DNA of 45,682 bases from Nitrospirota bacterium (lineage in GTDB: Bacteria > Nitrospirota > Nitrospiria > Nitrospirales > NS-4), in contig VBOO01000001.1 of assembly GCA_005877505.1 (NCBI GenBank), positions 1-45,682 of the forward strand. The letters are read 5' to 3'. Shown here one piece after another: positions 1-10,051 of the stretch (positions within the stretch are counted from its first letter, which is position 1; the number at the start of each line of letters is the position of its first letter). The translations under genes were made by a program, and so were the position numbers. Below the pieces are notes generated by a model, which worked only from the letters and a program-made list of their open reading frames with translations, was not told the origin of the DNA and ran no database searches.

Positions 1-117
1 GTATACGACAAGGCCTTGGAAGGTTTAGCCGGGGAGTCTTTCGGCTTGGCGGCAATATTGGATACCCGAAGTAACAAAAAAGGGAACAAGACTGCAGGAA
101 AGCGGTGACAGGCGGTC

Positions 118-1662
118 TCAGATGTAGGGGATCTTCGGGGCGTCGTCCTTGCGGGATTTCCAATAGGCGAGCTTGTTGAGCGCGTTCAGGTAGGCCTTGG
201 CGGATGCGACGATGATGTCGGTGTCGGCGCCGTGCCCGGTCACCGTCTTCGGCCCCTCCTCCACCCGCACCATCACCTCGCCCTGCGCGTCCGTCCCGCC
301 CGTGATGGCCTTGACGGCGTACGTCACCAGCGTGCTCTTGGTCTTCGTCATAGCCGTAATGGTGCGGTAGGCGGCGTCCACCGGGCCGTCGCCGGTGCCG
401 GTTTGCTGCGCGACCTGCCCGTCAATCTCCAACTCGATCCGCGCCGTCGGTGTCTTGTCGGTCCCGCTCTCGACGTAGAGCGACTTCAGCCGATAGGTCT
501 CCGGGATCGTCTGGAGCTCCTCGCTGATGATGGCTTCCAGGTCCTCCTCGTATATTTCCTTCTTCTGGTCGGCCAGCCGCTTGAACCGCTCGAACGCCCG
601 GTTGAGCTCTTCCTCGGTCGGCTTGAAGCCGAGCTCCTCCAGACGCTGCCGGAAGGCGTGCCGGCCGGAGAGCTTGCCCATGACAAGCGTGCTCTTGCCG
701 AGCCCGACCGACTCCGGCCGCATGATTTCGTAGGTCGTCTTCTCCTTGAGCAGACCGTCCTGGTGGATGCCGGACGCATGGGCGAAGGCGTTGGCCCCGA
801 CGATTGCCTTGTTGGGCTGGACGATCATGCCGGTGACCTTGCTCACGAGCCGGCTGGTCTTGATGATCTCCTCCGTGACGATCGTGGTGTCCGCCCCATA
901 GAAGTCCTTGCGGGTGCGGAGCCCCATCACGATCTCCTCCATCGAAGCGTTGCCCGCCCGCTCGCCGATCCCGTTGATGGTGCACTCGACCTGGCCGGCG
1001 CCTTCCAATACGGCGACCAGCGAGTTGGCCACGGCCATGCCGAGGTCGTTGTGACAGTGCACGGAGATCACAGCCTGCTTGACGTTGGGGACGTTCTCGC
1101 GGATCCCCCGGATGAGCCGCCCGAACTCCCCCGGCGTGGCGTAGCCCACGGTATCGGGGATGTTGACCGTCGTCGCTCCCGCCGCGATGACGGCCTCCAG
1201 CACCTCGTTGAGGTACTTGACGTCCGAGCGCGTCGCGTCCATGGGCGAGAACTCGACGTCCTCGACATAGCCGCGGGCGCGCGTCACCATATCAACGGCC
1301 CGCTCGCGGGCCTGGTCCCGCGTGAGGCGGAACTGGTGCTTGAGATGGATGTCCGACGTCGAGATGAACGTGTGGATGCGGACCTTGGGTGCGCCCTTTA
1401 AGGCTTCCCAGGCGCGGTCGATGTCCTCAGCGCGCGCGCGGGCCAGGCTGCAGATCGTCGGTCCCTGCACTTCCTGCGCGATGCGGCGCACCGCCTCGAA
1501 GTCGCCAGGCGAGCTGTACGCAAAGCCGGCCTCGATGATGTCCACGCCGAGCCGGGCCAGCTGCTTGGCCACCATCAGCTTCTCGTCCGGATTCATGGCC
1601 GCGCCGGGGGACTGCTCACCGTCCCGGAGCGTCGTATCGAAGATGCGGATCAGACGACCCAT
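118..1662 (-). CDS. leuA: 2-isopropylmalate synthase
   Basis: 514-aa ORF with ATG at 1660-1662. [15 protein letters not shown] and [13 protein letters not shown] motifs of LeuA/HMGL-like aldolases, and the full C-terminal regulatory-domain length. Confidence 0.95.
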   Translation of the reverse strand: MGRLIRIFDTTLRDGEQSPGAAMNPDEKLMVAKQLARLGVDIIEAGFAYSSPGDFEAVRRIAQEVQGPTICSLARARAEDIDRAWEALKGAPKVRIHTFISTSDIHLKHQFRLTRDQARERAVDMVTRARGYVEDVEFSPMDATRSDVKYLNEVLEAVIAAGATTVNIPDTVGYATPGEFGRLIRGIRENVPNVKQAVISVHCHNDLGMAVANSLVAVLEGAGQVECTINGIGERAGNASMEEIVMGLRTRKDFYGADTTIVTEEIIKTSRLVSKVTGMIVQPNKAIVGANAFAHASGIHQDGLLKEKTTYEIMRPESVGLGKSTLVMGKLSGRHAFRQRLEELGFKPTEEELNRAFERFKRLADQKKEIYEEDLEAIISEELQTIPETYRLKSLYVESGTDKTPTARIELEIDGQVAQQTGTGDGPVDAAYRTITAMTKTKSTLVTYAVKAITGGTDAQGEVMVRVEEGPKTVTGHGADTDIIVASAKAYLNALNKLAYWKSRKDDAPKIPYI

Positions 1663-1680
1663 CTCATTCCTTCAGCTTAC

Positions 1681-1725
1681 CCCTCACCTACTCCTCTCCC
1701 CGCGGGGGAGAGGGGACGGTGAGGG
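1681..1725. repeat. nested GC-rich palindrome (CCCTCACC..CCTCTCCCC-GCG-GGGGAGAGG..GGTGAGGG)
   Basis: Outer arms 1681-1688/1718-1725 and inner arms 1693-1701/1705-1713 are exact reverse complements. It overlaps the last ~12 codons and the stop (1688-1690) of pssA. A related copy lies at 4979-5066. Confidence 0.7.
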
Positions 1726-2485
1726 ACTTCTCCGGTCCCAGGCCACGACGGGCCGTCCGTCGCGCCAGGTTCACCGCCAGCATCACTACCCCGGACAAGG
1801 CGTAGGCGGCAAACAGGACGAACAACGCGATCTGAGGAGCCGCCGCGATCAGCATGATTCCCAGCACGCTCCACACCAGATACATGAACCCTTCCCCGGC
1901 ACGGAGCTTCATGCCTTTGAACTTCGTATACCGGATCGTGCTGACCATCAAGAAGGCCAGGACGAACGACACGACCAGGATCAACACCGGCTTCACTTCG
2001 CGACCCAGACGGAGGATGTGATGGTCTAACAGCATCAACGACGCCATTGCGCCGGCGGCCGCCGGGATCGGGAGACCCACGAAATAGCGGTTGTCGGATG
2101 TGGCCGCCAGCACGTTATAGCGCGCCAGCCGGAGCGCGCCGCAGCCCACGAAGGCGAAGACGACGGCGAGCCCCAGGACCCCGTACCCGCTCAGCGCCCA
2201 CGAGTAGATCAGCACCCCCGGCGCCACGCCGAACGACACCAGGTCGGCCAGCGAATCGAACTCGATGCCGAACTGGCTGGTCGTCTTGGTCCAGCGGGCG
2301 GACTGGCCATCCAGCATGTCGAAGATCAGCGCCACCAGAATGGCGATCGCCGCCTTCACGTAGTCGGCTCCGAACACCGACATGATGGAGTAGAGGCCGC
2401 AAAACAGGTTCCCCGTCGTGAGCAGATTCGGCACGACGTAGATAACCTGCCGGCGGCGCTCCCGCAATGAGGCTCTCATTCTCAT
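1688..2485 (-). CDS. pssA: CDP-diacylglycerol--serine O-phosphatidyltransferase
   Basis: Internal ATG at 2483-2485 (MRMRASLRERRR...) of the 374-aa ORF. CDP-alcohol phosphatidyltransferase motif DMLDGQSARW...GIEFDSLADLVSFG and a multi-TM profile. The longer ORF-track start would overlap psd in another frame. Confidence 0.9.
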   Translation of the reverse strand: MRMRASLRERRRQVIYVVPNLLTTGNLFCGLYSIMSVFGADYVKAAIAILVALIFDMLDGQSARWTKTTSQFGIEFDSLADLVSFGVAPGVLIYSWALSGYGVLGLAVVFAFVGCGALRLARYNVLAATSDNRYFVGLPIPAAAGAMASLMLLDHHILRLGREVKPVLILVVSFVLAFLMVSTIRYTKFKGMKLRAGEGFMYLVWSVLGIMLIAAAPQIALFVLFAAYALSGVVMLAVNLARRTARRGLGPEKSLTVPSPPRGEE

Positions 2486-3132
2486 GGCAACACTCCGATG
2501 ATGGACTCGCCCCCTGTCACCCGATCGCCCGTCTTGACCCGTACCTCCGTCTCCTTCGGCAGGTAGAGGTCCATGCGCGACCCGAACCGGATCAGCCCGT
2601 ACCGCTCGCCGCGGGCCACCCGCTCGCCCTCGGTGAGCCAACAGACGATACGCCGCGCCACATAGCCGGCCACTTGCACACACAGCACGCGATGTCCGAC
2701 ATCCGTCTCGAACAGCGCCGCGACTTGCTCGTTCGCCAGCGTCGCATCCGGCCGGCTCGCTACCAGGAACCTGCCGGGTTTGTACGCGACGGCCTTCACC
2801 AGCCCAGCGCACGGCGTGCGGTTGATGTGCACGTCCAGGGGGCTCAAAAAGACGCTCACCCGCACCGCCCGCCCTTTCAGAAACCGGGGTTCCTCCTCAT
2901 CCGCCACCGCGAGCACGCGGCCATCGCCCGGGGACACGACCAGGTTGGGCCCGTCCGGCACCTGGCGGGGCGGATTACGGAAGAACCACCCCGTCAAGAG
3001 CGCCACGGCGCCGAACACCGACCCGGCGACCGTCCAACCCAATGCCCACGTCGCGATTCCAGGGGCGGCCGCGGCGGCCAGGAAGGGCAACCCTTCCCGG
3101 GCGATCGGCCAGCCACGCGCCCGGTCAGCCAT
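2482..3132 (-). CDS. psd: phosphatidylserine decarboxylase proenzyme (short type)
   Basis: 216 aa with an N-terminal TM segment and a Psd-like core carrying a self-cleavage-type FGSRMD motif. The stop overlaps the pssA start (ATGA, 2482-2485). Confidence 0.9.
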   Translation of the reverse strand: MADRARGWPIAREGLPFLAAAAAPGIATWALGWTVAGSVFGAVALLTGWFFRNPPRQVPDGPNLVVSPGDGRVLAVADEEEPRFLKGRAVRVSVFLSPLDVHINRTPCAGLVKAVAYKPGRFLVASRPDATLANEQVAALFETDVGHRVLCVQVAGYVARRIVCWLTEGERVARGERYGLIRFGSRMDLYLPKETEVRVKTGDRVTGGESIIGVLP

Positions 3133-3133
3133 G

Positions 3134-3367
3134 GGAGCCCGGAGTATTCATGAATACCTACTGCATCGTCCGATTCTCTTGCGGGGTTGCCCATTGCTCT
3201 TCAAGGTGCAATGGGCCATCGGCTTTTCTCCTCAACGTACTGATGACCCGTTGCAACTGGGGGAGCAACGGGTGCCCCGTACGCCTGCGTCGTCCTCACT
3301 TGCGAGAAGCCACGGCGGGCTTCGGCCTCGGCCGCCTCGCTACGGCATCCATGAATATCCGGGCTCC
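3134..3367 (+). mobile_element. MITE-like nonautonomous repeat, family 1, copy A (~234 bp, terminal inverted repeats)
   Basis: Ends AGCCCGGAGTATTCATGAAT (3136-) and ATCCATGAATATCCGGGCT (-3365) are inverted repeats. Two internal 9-bp-stem hairpins lie at 3189-3216 and 3246-3273. A near-identical inverted copy lies at 34256-34487. No credible coding capacity. Confidence 0.7.
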
Positions 3368-3368
3368 G

Positions 3369-4966
<1,598 letters not shown>

Positions 4967-4978
4967 AGAGCTCCTTTT

Positions 4979-5066
4979 CCCCCTCACCCTGACCCTCTCC
5001 CTCCAGGGAGAGGGTACCTCATTTCCCCTTGCCCCAGTTGCTGGGGAGAGGGAAGGGTGATGGGGG
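4979..5066. repeat. compound nested palindrome of the CCCTCACC/GGGAGAGGG family
   Basis: Outer arms CCCCTCACCCT (4980-4990) / AGGGTGATGGGG (5054-5065). Inner hairpins are CCCTCTCCCT/AGGGAGAGGG (4993-5014) and CCCCAG-TTG-CTGGGG (5032-5046). It fills the ilvB-ilvN gap. Confidence 0.65.
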
Positions 5067-5069
5067 TCA

Positions 5070-6845
5070 TCACGCCGTCAGGACGGCGTCCTTGTCCTCG
5101 CCCGCCACCTTCGGCACGGGCTTCTCACCACGCTTCATCTCCGGCGGGTCTTCGAGGATCATCTCGTGATTGCAACCGCCGGCCGGGATCATCGGATAGC
5201 AGTTCTCGTACGGGTCCACCTCGATGTCCACGATGACCGGCTTGTCGGCCTTGAGCGCTTCCTTGATGACGCCATCCACCTCGTCCGCCTTCTTCGCCCG
5301 GAGTCCGACCGCGTTGAAGGCCTCGGCCAGCTTCACGAAATCGGGAACCGTGTCCAGATAGGACGACGCGTACCGGCCCTCGTAGAAGAGGTCCTGCCAC
5401 TGGCGCACCATGCCGTGGAAGTGGTTGTTCAGGATGAAGACCTTGACCGGCAGCTTGTTCACGACCGCCGTGGCCATCTCCTGCATGTTCATCTGGAAGC
5501 TGCCGTCGCCCGCGATGCAGAGCACCAGCTTGTCGCGGAAGGCCGCCTGCGCTCCCAGCGCCGCCGGCATCCCGAAGCCCATCGTGCCCAGCCCACCGGA
5601 GGTGAGCCACCGGCGCGGCTTGTTGAGGACGAAGTGCTGAGCCGCCCACATCTGATGCTGGCCCACATCGGTCGAGACGATCGGGTCCTTGTCCTTCGTG
5701 AACTGGTAGAGACGGTCGATGACGTACTGCGGCTTGATGAGCGCGTCCGGCGGCTGCACATAGGTCAGCGGGTGCTTGGCCTTCCATTCGTTGACCTGGG
5801 TCCACCAGGGCTTGCGCTGCTCGATGGAATGGCCGTTCGGCGTCGCCTTGAGCATCGCGATCAACTCCCGGAGCACGGTTTTGACGTCCCCGACGATCGG
5901 GATGTCCACGTGGACGTTCTTGCGGATCGACGTCGGGTCGATGTCGATGTGGAGGACCTTGGCCTCCGGGCAGAACTCCGACACCTTGCCGGTGACCCGG
6001 TCGTCGAACCGGGCCCCGATCGCGATGACGAGGTCGGAAAAGTGGACCGCCATGTTGGAAGCGTAAGAGCCATGCATCCCCATCATGCCGAGCGACAGCG
6101 GATGCGAGCCGGGAAAGGCGCCCAGGGCCATCAGCGTCATGTCCACCGGGATCTGGGTCAACTCGGCGAGCTCCAGGAGCTCCTCGTGCGCGTTGGAGAA
6201 GATCGCGCCGCCGCCCACGTAGATGATTGGCTTCCTGGCCTTGTGGATGGCCTCCACGGCCTGCTTGATCTGCCACTTGTTCCCTTCGTAGGTCGGGCTG
6301 TAGCCCCGGATGGACACGCGGTCCGGATAGTGGAACTCGCCCTTGTTCATCGCGACGTCCTTGGGGATGTCCACCAGCACGGGCCCCGGCCGGCCGGTCA
6401 TGGCGATGTAGAAGGCTTCCTTGATGATCTGCCCGAGGTCGTTCACGTCCTTCACCAGGAAGTTGTACTTGGTGCACGGCCGGCTGATGCCAACATTGTC
6501 CGCCTCCTGGAAGGCGTCGTTGCCGATCAGATGGGTCGGAACCTGCCCGGTGAAGACGACGATCGGGACCGAATCCATGTAGGCATCTACCAGCGGGGTG
6601 ACCACATTGGTCATGCCCGGCCCGGAGGTGACCAGCGCGACGCCCGGCTTGCCCGTGGCCTTTGCATAGCCCTCCGCCATGTGGCCAGCGCCCGCTTCGT
6701 GCCGGGTCAGAATGACCTCGATATCCTTCTGCTGGTGCAGGACGTCGAAGATCTTCAACACCACGCCGCCCGGGAGGCCAAAGATTGTCTTCACGCCTTC
6801 GCGCCTGAGGCACTCCACAAAGATTTCGGCGCCCGTGAGCTTCAT
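5070..6845 (-). CDS. ilvB: acetolactate synthase large (catalytic) subunit
   Basis: ThDP enzyme with FGLPGG and the ThDP-binding motif GDGSFQMNMQE. ATG at 6843-6845 (MKLTGAEIFVECL). The upstream 17 codons of the ORF track are unlikely to be translated. Confidence 0.95.
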   Translation of the reverse strand: MKLTGAEIFVECLRREGVKTIFGLPGGVVLKIFDVLHQQKDIEVILTRHEAGAGHMAEGYAKATGKPGVALVTSGPGMTNVVTPLVDAYMDSVPIVVFTGQVPTHLIGNDAFQEADNVGISRPCTKYNFLVKDVNDLGQIIKEAFYIAMTGRPGPVLVDIPKDVAMNKGEFHYPDRVSIRGYSPTYEGNKWQIKQAVEAIHKARKPIIYVGGGAIFSNAHEELLELAELTQIPVDMTLMALGAFPGSHPLSLGMMGMHGSYASNMAVHFSDLVIAIGARFDDRVTGKVSEFCPEAKVLHIDIDPTSIRKNVHVDIPIVGDVKTVLRELIAMLKATPNGHSIEQRKPWWTQVNEWKAKHPLTYVQPPDALIKPQYVIDRLYQFTKDKDPIVSTDVGQHQMWAAQHFVLNKPRRWLTSGGLGTMGFGMPAALGAQAAFRDKLVLCIAGDGSFQMNMQEMATAVVNKLPVKVFILNNHFHGMVRQWQDLFYEGRYASSYLDTVPDFVKLAEAFNAVGLRAKKADEVDGVIKEALKADKPVIVDIEVDPYENCYPMIPAGGCNHEMILEDPPEMKRGEKPVPKVAGEDKDAVLTA

Positions 6846-7025
6846 CGCGACCCTCTCCTCTCTGTAAGGCTCTCTGCTGGCGTCTCTGTCCGGCAAAAAC
6901 CTGAAAAATCAGCGAAGTCGAAACTACAGAACTATCATGGAGAGGCCCATTCCGTCAACTCTCGCTATCTAACCATAGAACCACCTTGACAGAGCTTCCA
7001 CGCACTCGCTAGGGTGGGATCTATC

Positions 7026-8507
7026 ATGGATCGCCTCGTCGAGTGTGTCCCCAACTTCAGCGAAGGCCGGAAGCCCGAGACCATTGACGCGCTGGTCCAC
7101 GCCATTGAAGCTGTCCCCGGCGTCGTCGTACTGGACCGCCAGAGTGACGCCGACCATAACCGCTCGGTCCTGACCTTTATCGGGCCGCCCGAGTCCGTCG
7201 TCGAATCCGCCTTCCGCGCGGCCGAAGAGGCTCTCCGCCGGATCAATCTCACCACCCACCGCGGCGAACATCCCCGCGTCGGCGCCACCGATGTGATCCC
7301 GTTTGTCCCGATCCGGGGCGTCACGCTGGACGATTGCGTCCACCTCGCGCGGCTCGTCGGACACCGCCTGGCGGATGAACTGCACATTCCGGTCTTTCTC
7401 TACGAGCACGCAGCCAAGGCACCGTTCCGAACTCGCATCGAAGACATCCGGCGCGGCGGCCTCGATGAGCTGGGCGAGCGGATGCGCATGAATCCCGAGT
7501 GGGCGCCGGACTTTGGGGACGCGAAGCTGCACCGGACAGCCGGGGCCACCATCGTGGGGGCGCGCCGCCCGCTCATCGCCTACAACGTGAACCTCGCCAG
7601 CAAGAACCTGGATATCGCCAAGGCCATCGCCTACACCGTCCGGGCGTCGAACGGCGGGCTGCCTTCCGTCAAAGCCGTGGGCATCGCCTTGAAGACGCGC
7701 GGGATCGTGCAGGTCTCCATGAACCTGACCAACTATGAAGAGACACCCGTCCACGTGGCGTATGAGGCGGTCAAGGCGGAAGCGGCCAAGCGCGGCGTGG
7801 AGGTCCAGAGCAGTGAAGTGATCGGTCTGATCCCCGAAGCGGCCGTGGCCACGGTCGCCGGACACTACCTCAAGCTGGAAAACTTCTCCATGAACCAGAT
7901 TCTCGAAGCGCGCATGGCCCAGGTCCTGAGGCAGGACCTCTCGACTACGGTCATCCCGTTCCTGGAAGCCGTGTCGGCCCCGAATGCGGCGCCGGGAGGA
8001 GGAAGCGTAGCGGCCATGATCGGCGCGACCGCCATGGCCCTGGGCGTGATGGTTGCGGGACGCCTGCTCGAAAAGGAAACGCAGCCCCAGAAGGTCGCTA
8101 CGCTCCGCTCGAAGCGTGATCTGCTCCTCCAGCTCCGCAATCGGCTCCAGGCGGCGATCCGCGAAGACGCCGCCGCATACAATGCCGTGATCCAGAATTC
8201 CAAGCGCCCCATGATCGACCCGGAGCGGGTCGCGGCGCTCCAACAGTCACTCAACATTGCGACCGCGGTTCCCCTTGCGGTCATGGAACTGGCTGTGACC
8301 GGCAGGGACGCCCTGCGCGAACTGATCCCCTTCGCCTCTTCGCCCATGGCCGCCGACCTGAAAGCTGGCATTTTTGCGGCCCGAGCAGCCTGCGAAGGGG
8401 CCCTCCTCTGTGTCAAGGCCAACCTTGACTCGCTGAAGGACGACCCGCGCGTGCCCGAGTTGCTGAAACAGCTTGCTCCGTATGAGGAGCGGCTCCGGCG
8501 GGACTGA
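7026..8507 (+). CDS. bifunctional glutamate formimidoyltransferase / formiminotetrahydrofolate cyclodeaminase-like protein
   Basis: N-terminus MDRLVECVPNFSEGR is the formiminotransferase signature. The ~190-aa helical C-terminal extension matches the cyclodeaminase domain pattern. ATG at 7026. Confidence 0.85.
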   Translation: MDRLVECVPNFSEGRKPETIDALVHAIEAVPGVVVLDRQSDADHNRSVLTFIGPPESVVESAFRAAEEALRRINLTTHRGEHPRVGATDVIPFVPIRGVTLDDCVHLARLVGHRLADELHIPVFLYEHAAKAPFRTRIEDIRRGGLDELGERMRMNPEWAPDFGDAKLHRTAGATIVGARRPLIAYNVNLASKNLDIAKAIAYTVRASNGGLPSVKAVGIALKTRGIVQVSMNLTNYEETPVHVAYEAVKAEAAKRGVEVQSSEVIGLIPEAAVATVAGHYLKLENFSMNQILEARMAQVLRQDLSTTVIPFLEAVSAPNAAPGGGSVAAMIGATAMALGVMVAGRLLEKETQPQKVATLRSKRDLLLQLRNRLQAAIREDAAAYNAVIQNSKRPMIDPERVAALQQSLNIATAVPLAVMELAVTGRDALRELIPFASSPMAADLKAGIFAARAACEGALLCVKANLDSLKDDPRVPELLKQLAPYEERLRRD

Positions 8508-8528
8508 ATCCCCTCCCTGACGCCTCCC

Positions 8529-8981
8529 ATGTTTGAAAAGGTGGTCTCCGGCGGGCAGACGGGCGTGGACCGCGCGGCGCTGGATGTCGCCCTGGAGAAG
8601 GGCGTGCCGGCAGGCGGGTGGTGCCCCAAGGGGCGCATCGCGGAAGACGGCCCGCTCGCGCCCCGCTACCAGCTGATGGAGACACCCTCAGCCGAGTACT
8701 CGCAGCGCACTGAATGGAACGTCCGCGATTCGGACGGCACGCTGGTCCTGACGCATGGAGCGCCCACGGAAGGCACGGCCTACACGATCGAAGTGACGAG
8801 AAAACTGGGTAAGCCGTGCCTGGTGCTGGACTTAACCGAAGCACCCAGCGAGTCGGCCGTGAAGGCCTGGGCGGGTGAGCACACGGTGCGTGTGCTCAAC
8901 GTGGCCGGCCCGCGCGAGTCCAAATGCCCCGGCATCTACAAGCAGGCTTCACTATTCCTCAGAGCAATCCTTTCAGCGTAA
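8529..8981 (+). CDS. YpsA / putative molybdenum-carrier family protein (SLOG superfamily)
   Basis: 150 aa. VVSGGQTGVDRAALDVAL ... NVAGPRES pattern is typical of the YpsA-type SLOG fold. Confidence 0.7.
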   Translation: MFEKVVSGGQTGVDRAALDVALEKGVPAGGWCPKGRIAEDGPLAPRYQLMETPSAEYSQRTEWNVRDSDGTLVLTHGAPTEGTAYTIEVTRKLGKPCLVLDLTEAPSESAVKAWAGEHTVRVLNVAGPRESKCPGIYKQASLFLRAILSA

Positions 8982-9448
8982 ACCAGCGGGTGGCGCCCAG
9001 CGTGTGCCCAGCCGTGCGCAGGCGGGGTCCCTACACCGGGCGGGGTGCCGAGCACGGCTGGGTTATGCGGGGGCAGGACCCGCTGACTCTCCATCATCTC
9101 CAGCCGGGCATCGAATTCATGGCTGCACCGGGTGCAGCGCACACAGTCGCGCTCGACCGTCCCCTGTTCGCTGGGCACCGCCATGCCGCCGCAGTCCGGA
9201 CAGCGTCGTAGATGCGCGGCCTCGTCATCGAGCGTCTCGAACTTCGAGCCGCGGAAGCAATAGACATACATCCCGTCGAGCAGCCAGGGCTTCCCCGCGT
9301 TGTCCACGACAGGCAAGGCGATGTAATGGTGCGCGGCGTAATCCTCCAGCTCTTTGGGGGTCTTGAGTCCGTCCTGGATCAGCTTGTTGGTCCTCGCGTC
9401 ATATAGCGCGTCCCCCTTCACTATTACTTTGGTCGGCCCAAACTTCAT
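8936..9448 (-). CDS. hypothetical Zn-ribbon protein (CPDC...CVRCTRC); C-terminus reads through repeat E1
   Basis: ATG 9446-9448 is preceded by AGGAGG. Four-Cys ribbon motif. The last ~50 codons are encoded by repeat E1 and by the antisense of the ypsA-like 3' end, so the native C-terminus is uncertain. Confidence 0.55.
   Translation of the reverse strand: MKFGPTKVIVKGDALYDARTNKLIQDGLKTPKELEDYAAHHYIALPVVDNAGKPWLLDGMYVYCFRGSKFETLDDEAAHLRRCPDCGGMAVPSEQGTVERDCVRCTRCSHEFDARLEMMESQRVLPPHNPAVLGTPPGVGTPPAHGWAHAGRHPLVYAERIALRNSEACL
8985..9084 (+). repeat. family-2 repeat, partial copy E1
   Basis: The 47-nt core TGCGCAGGCGGGGTCCCTACACCGGGCGGGGTGCCGAGCACGGCTGGG is shared with 11097-11145. The right end GCTGGGTTATGCGGGGGCAGGACCCGCT is the reverse complement of the left terminus of E2 (10929-10956). 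Confidence 0.6.
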
Positions 9449-9459
9449 CGGACACCTCC

Positions 9460-9930
9460 TTACATGCTCTCCCTTTTCGGCATGTACCGGCTGCGCGTTT
9501 TGTCCATCGCTTCGGTCAGGTCTTTCCACTCCTGCACCGTCAGGAGCGATTTCAACTTGAACCGGAACCCCAGGATCCTGGTCGCGCTGGCCATCCGCTC
9601 GTTGTTCTGCTCGTCCAGGATCTTCATGAACTGCTCCGGCGTCGCCTCGTAGTTTGCGTTCAGCGCGTACAGCTTTTGATGATAGTCGCTCGTCTTCTTG
9701 AAGGACTGCTTGACCTCATTGACGATGTCCTGGACGATCGCCTTGGCCTGCTTGGCCTTCTCCGGATCCTTGACCGCCCGGTCCACCTGCTCGTTCGTCT
9801 CGGCGAGCCCGCGCTCGAGCGCAGCCTCCCGATAACCGCTGCCCGCTCCATATCCGTGGGGCCGCGCGCATGCGCCCAGCATCAAGGCCGTCATCATCAC
9901 GGCCAGCATCAGCAGCTTCGCAGTCTTCAT
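9460..9930 (-). CDS. lipoprotein, Spy/CpxP/ZraP-like (LTxxQ-type) periplasmic protein
   Basis: Signal peptide with lipobox LMLGAC. Helical, Lys/Glu-rich, with an LLTVQEW (LTxxQ-like) motif. The family assignment is tentative. Confidence 0.55.
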   Translation of the reverse strand: MKTAKLLMLAVMMTALMLGACARPHGYGAGSGYREAALERGLAETNEQVDRAVKDPEKAKQAKAIVQDIVNEVKQSFKKTSDYHQKLYALNANYEATPEQFMKILDEQNNERMASATRILGFRFKLKSLLTVQEWKDLTEAMDKTRSRYMPKRESM

Positions 9931-10013
9931 CTTCTAGGACCTCCCGGCAGGGCGTGAGGTAGGAAGCATAATCGTTTCAGCGCCGTTGCGCAATCGCCAG
10001 GGAAGCAGACCGA

Positions 10014-10042
10014 TTGACCATCAGGGTCCTTGCCTTTACAAT
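10014..10042 (+). promoter_or_regulatory. sigma70-type promoter TTGACC-17-TACAAT, 9 nt upstream of the ATG (leaderless-type)
   Basis: -35 at 10014-10019 and -10 at 10037-10042, read directly. The start codon is at 10052 and no Shine-Dalgarno lies between. Confidence 0.5.
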
Positions 10043-10051
10043 GGCCGCTCC

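Noticed and set aside
1-117. Possible intrinsic terminator after leuA (T-run complement around 78-86).
   Set aside because: I could not fold a stable GC stem immediately upstream of the U-run on the minus-strand transcript.
232-1401. 389-aa plus-strand ORF antisense to leuA. Similar long shadow ORFs: 5166-6989 (vs ilvB), 6969-8243 (vs FTCD), 25200-26306 (vs PiT), 30888-32252 (vs rpoD), 39089-40174 (vs hisD), 43003-44184 (vs prfA), 44257-45327 (vs rho).
   Set aside because: Arg/Ala/Gly/Pro-rich low-complexity translations lying opposite strongly recognisable conserved genes. This is the typical stop-codon-poor antisense frame of GC-rich DNA. No motifs and no SD.
6846-7013. Leader peptide/attenuator or riboswitch upstream of ilvB, with a candidate promoter TTGACG-16/17-GATAGT (complement of 6931-6958).
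   Set aside because: No Ile/Leu/Val-rich leader ORF and no convincing terminator/antiterminator alternative hairpins could be found by eye. The promoter match is only moderate, so it is not listed as a feature.
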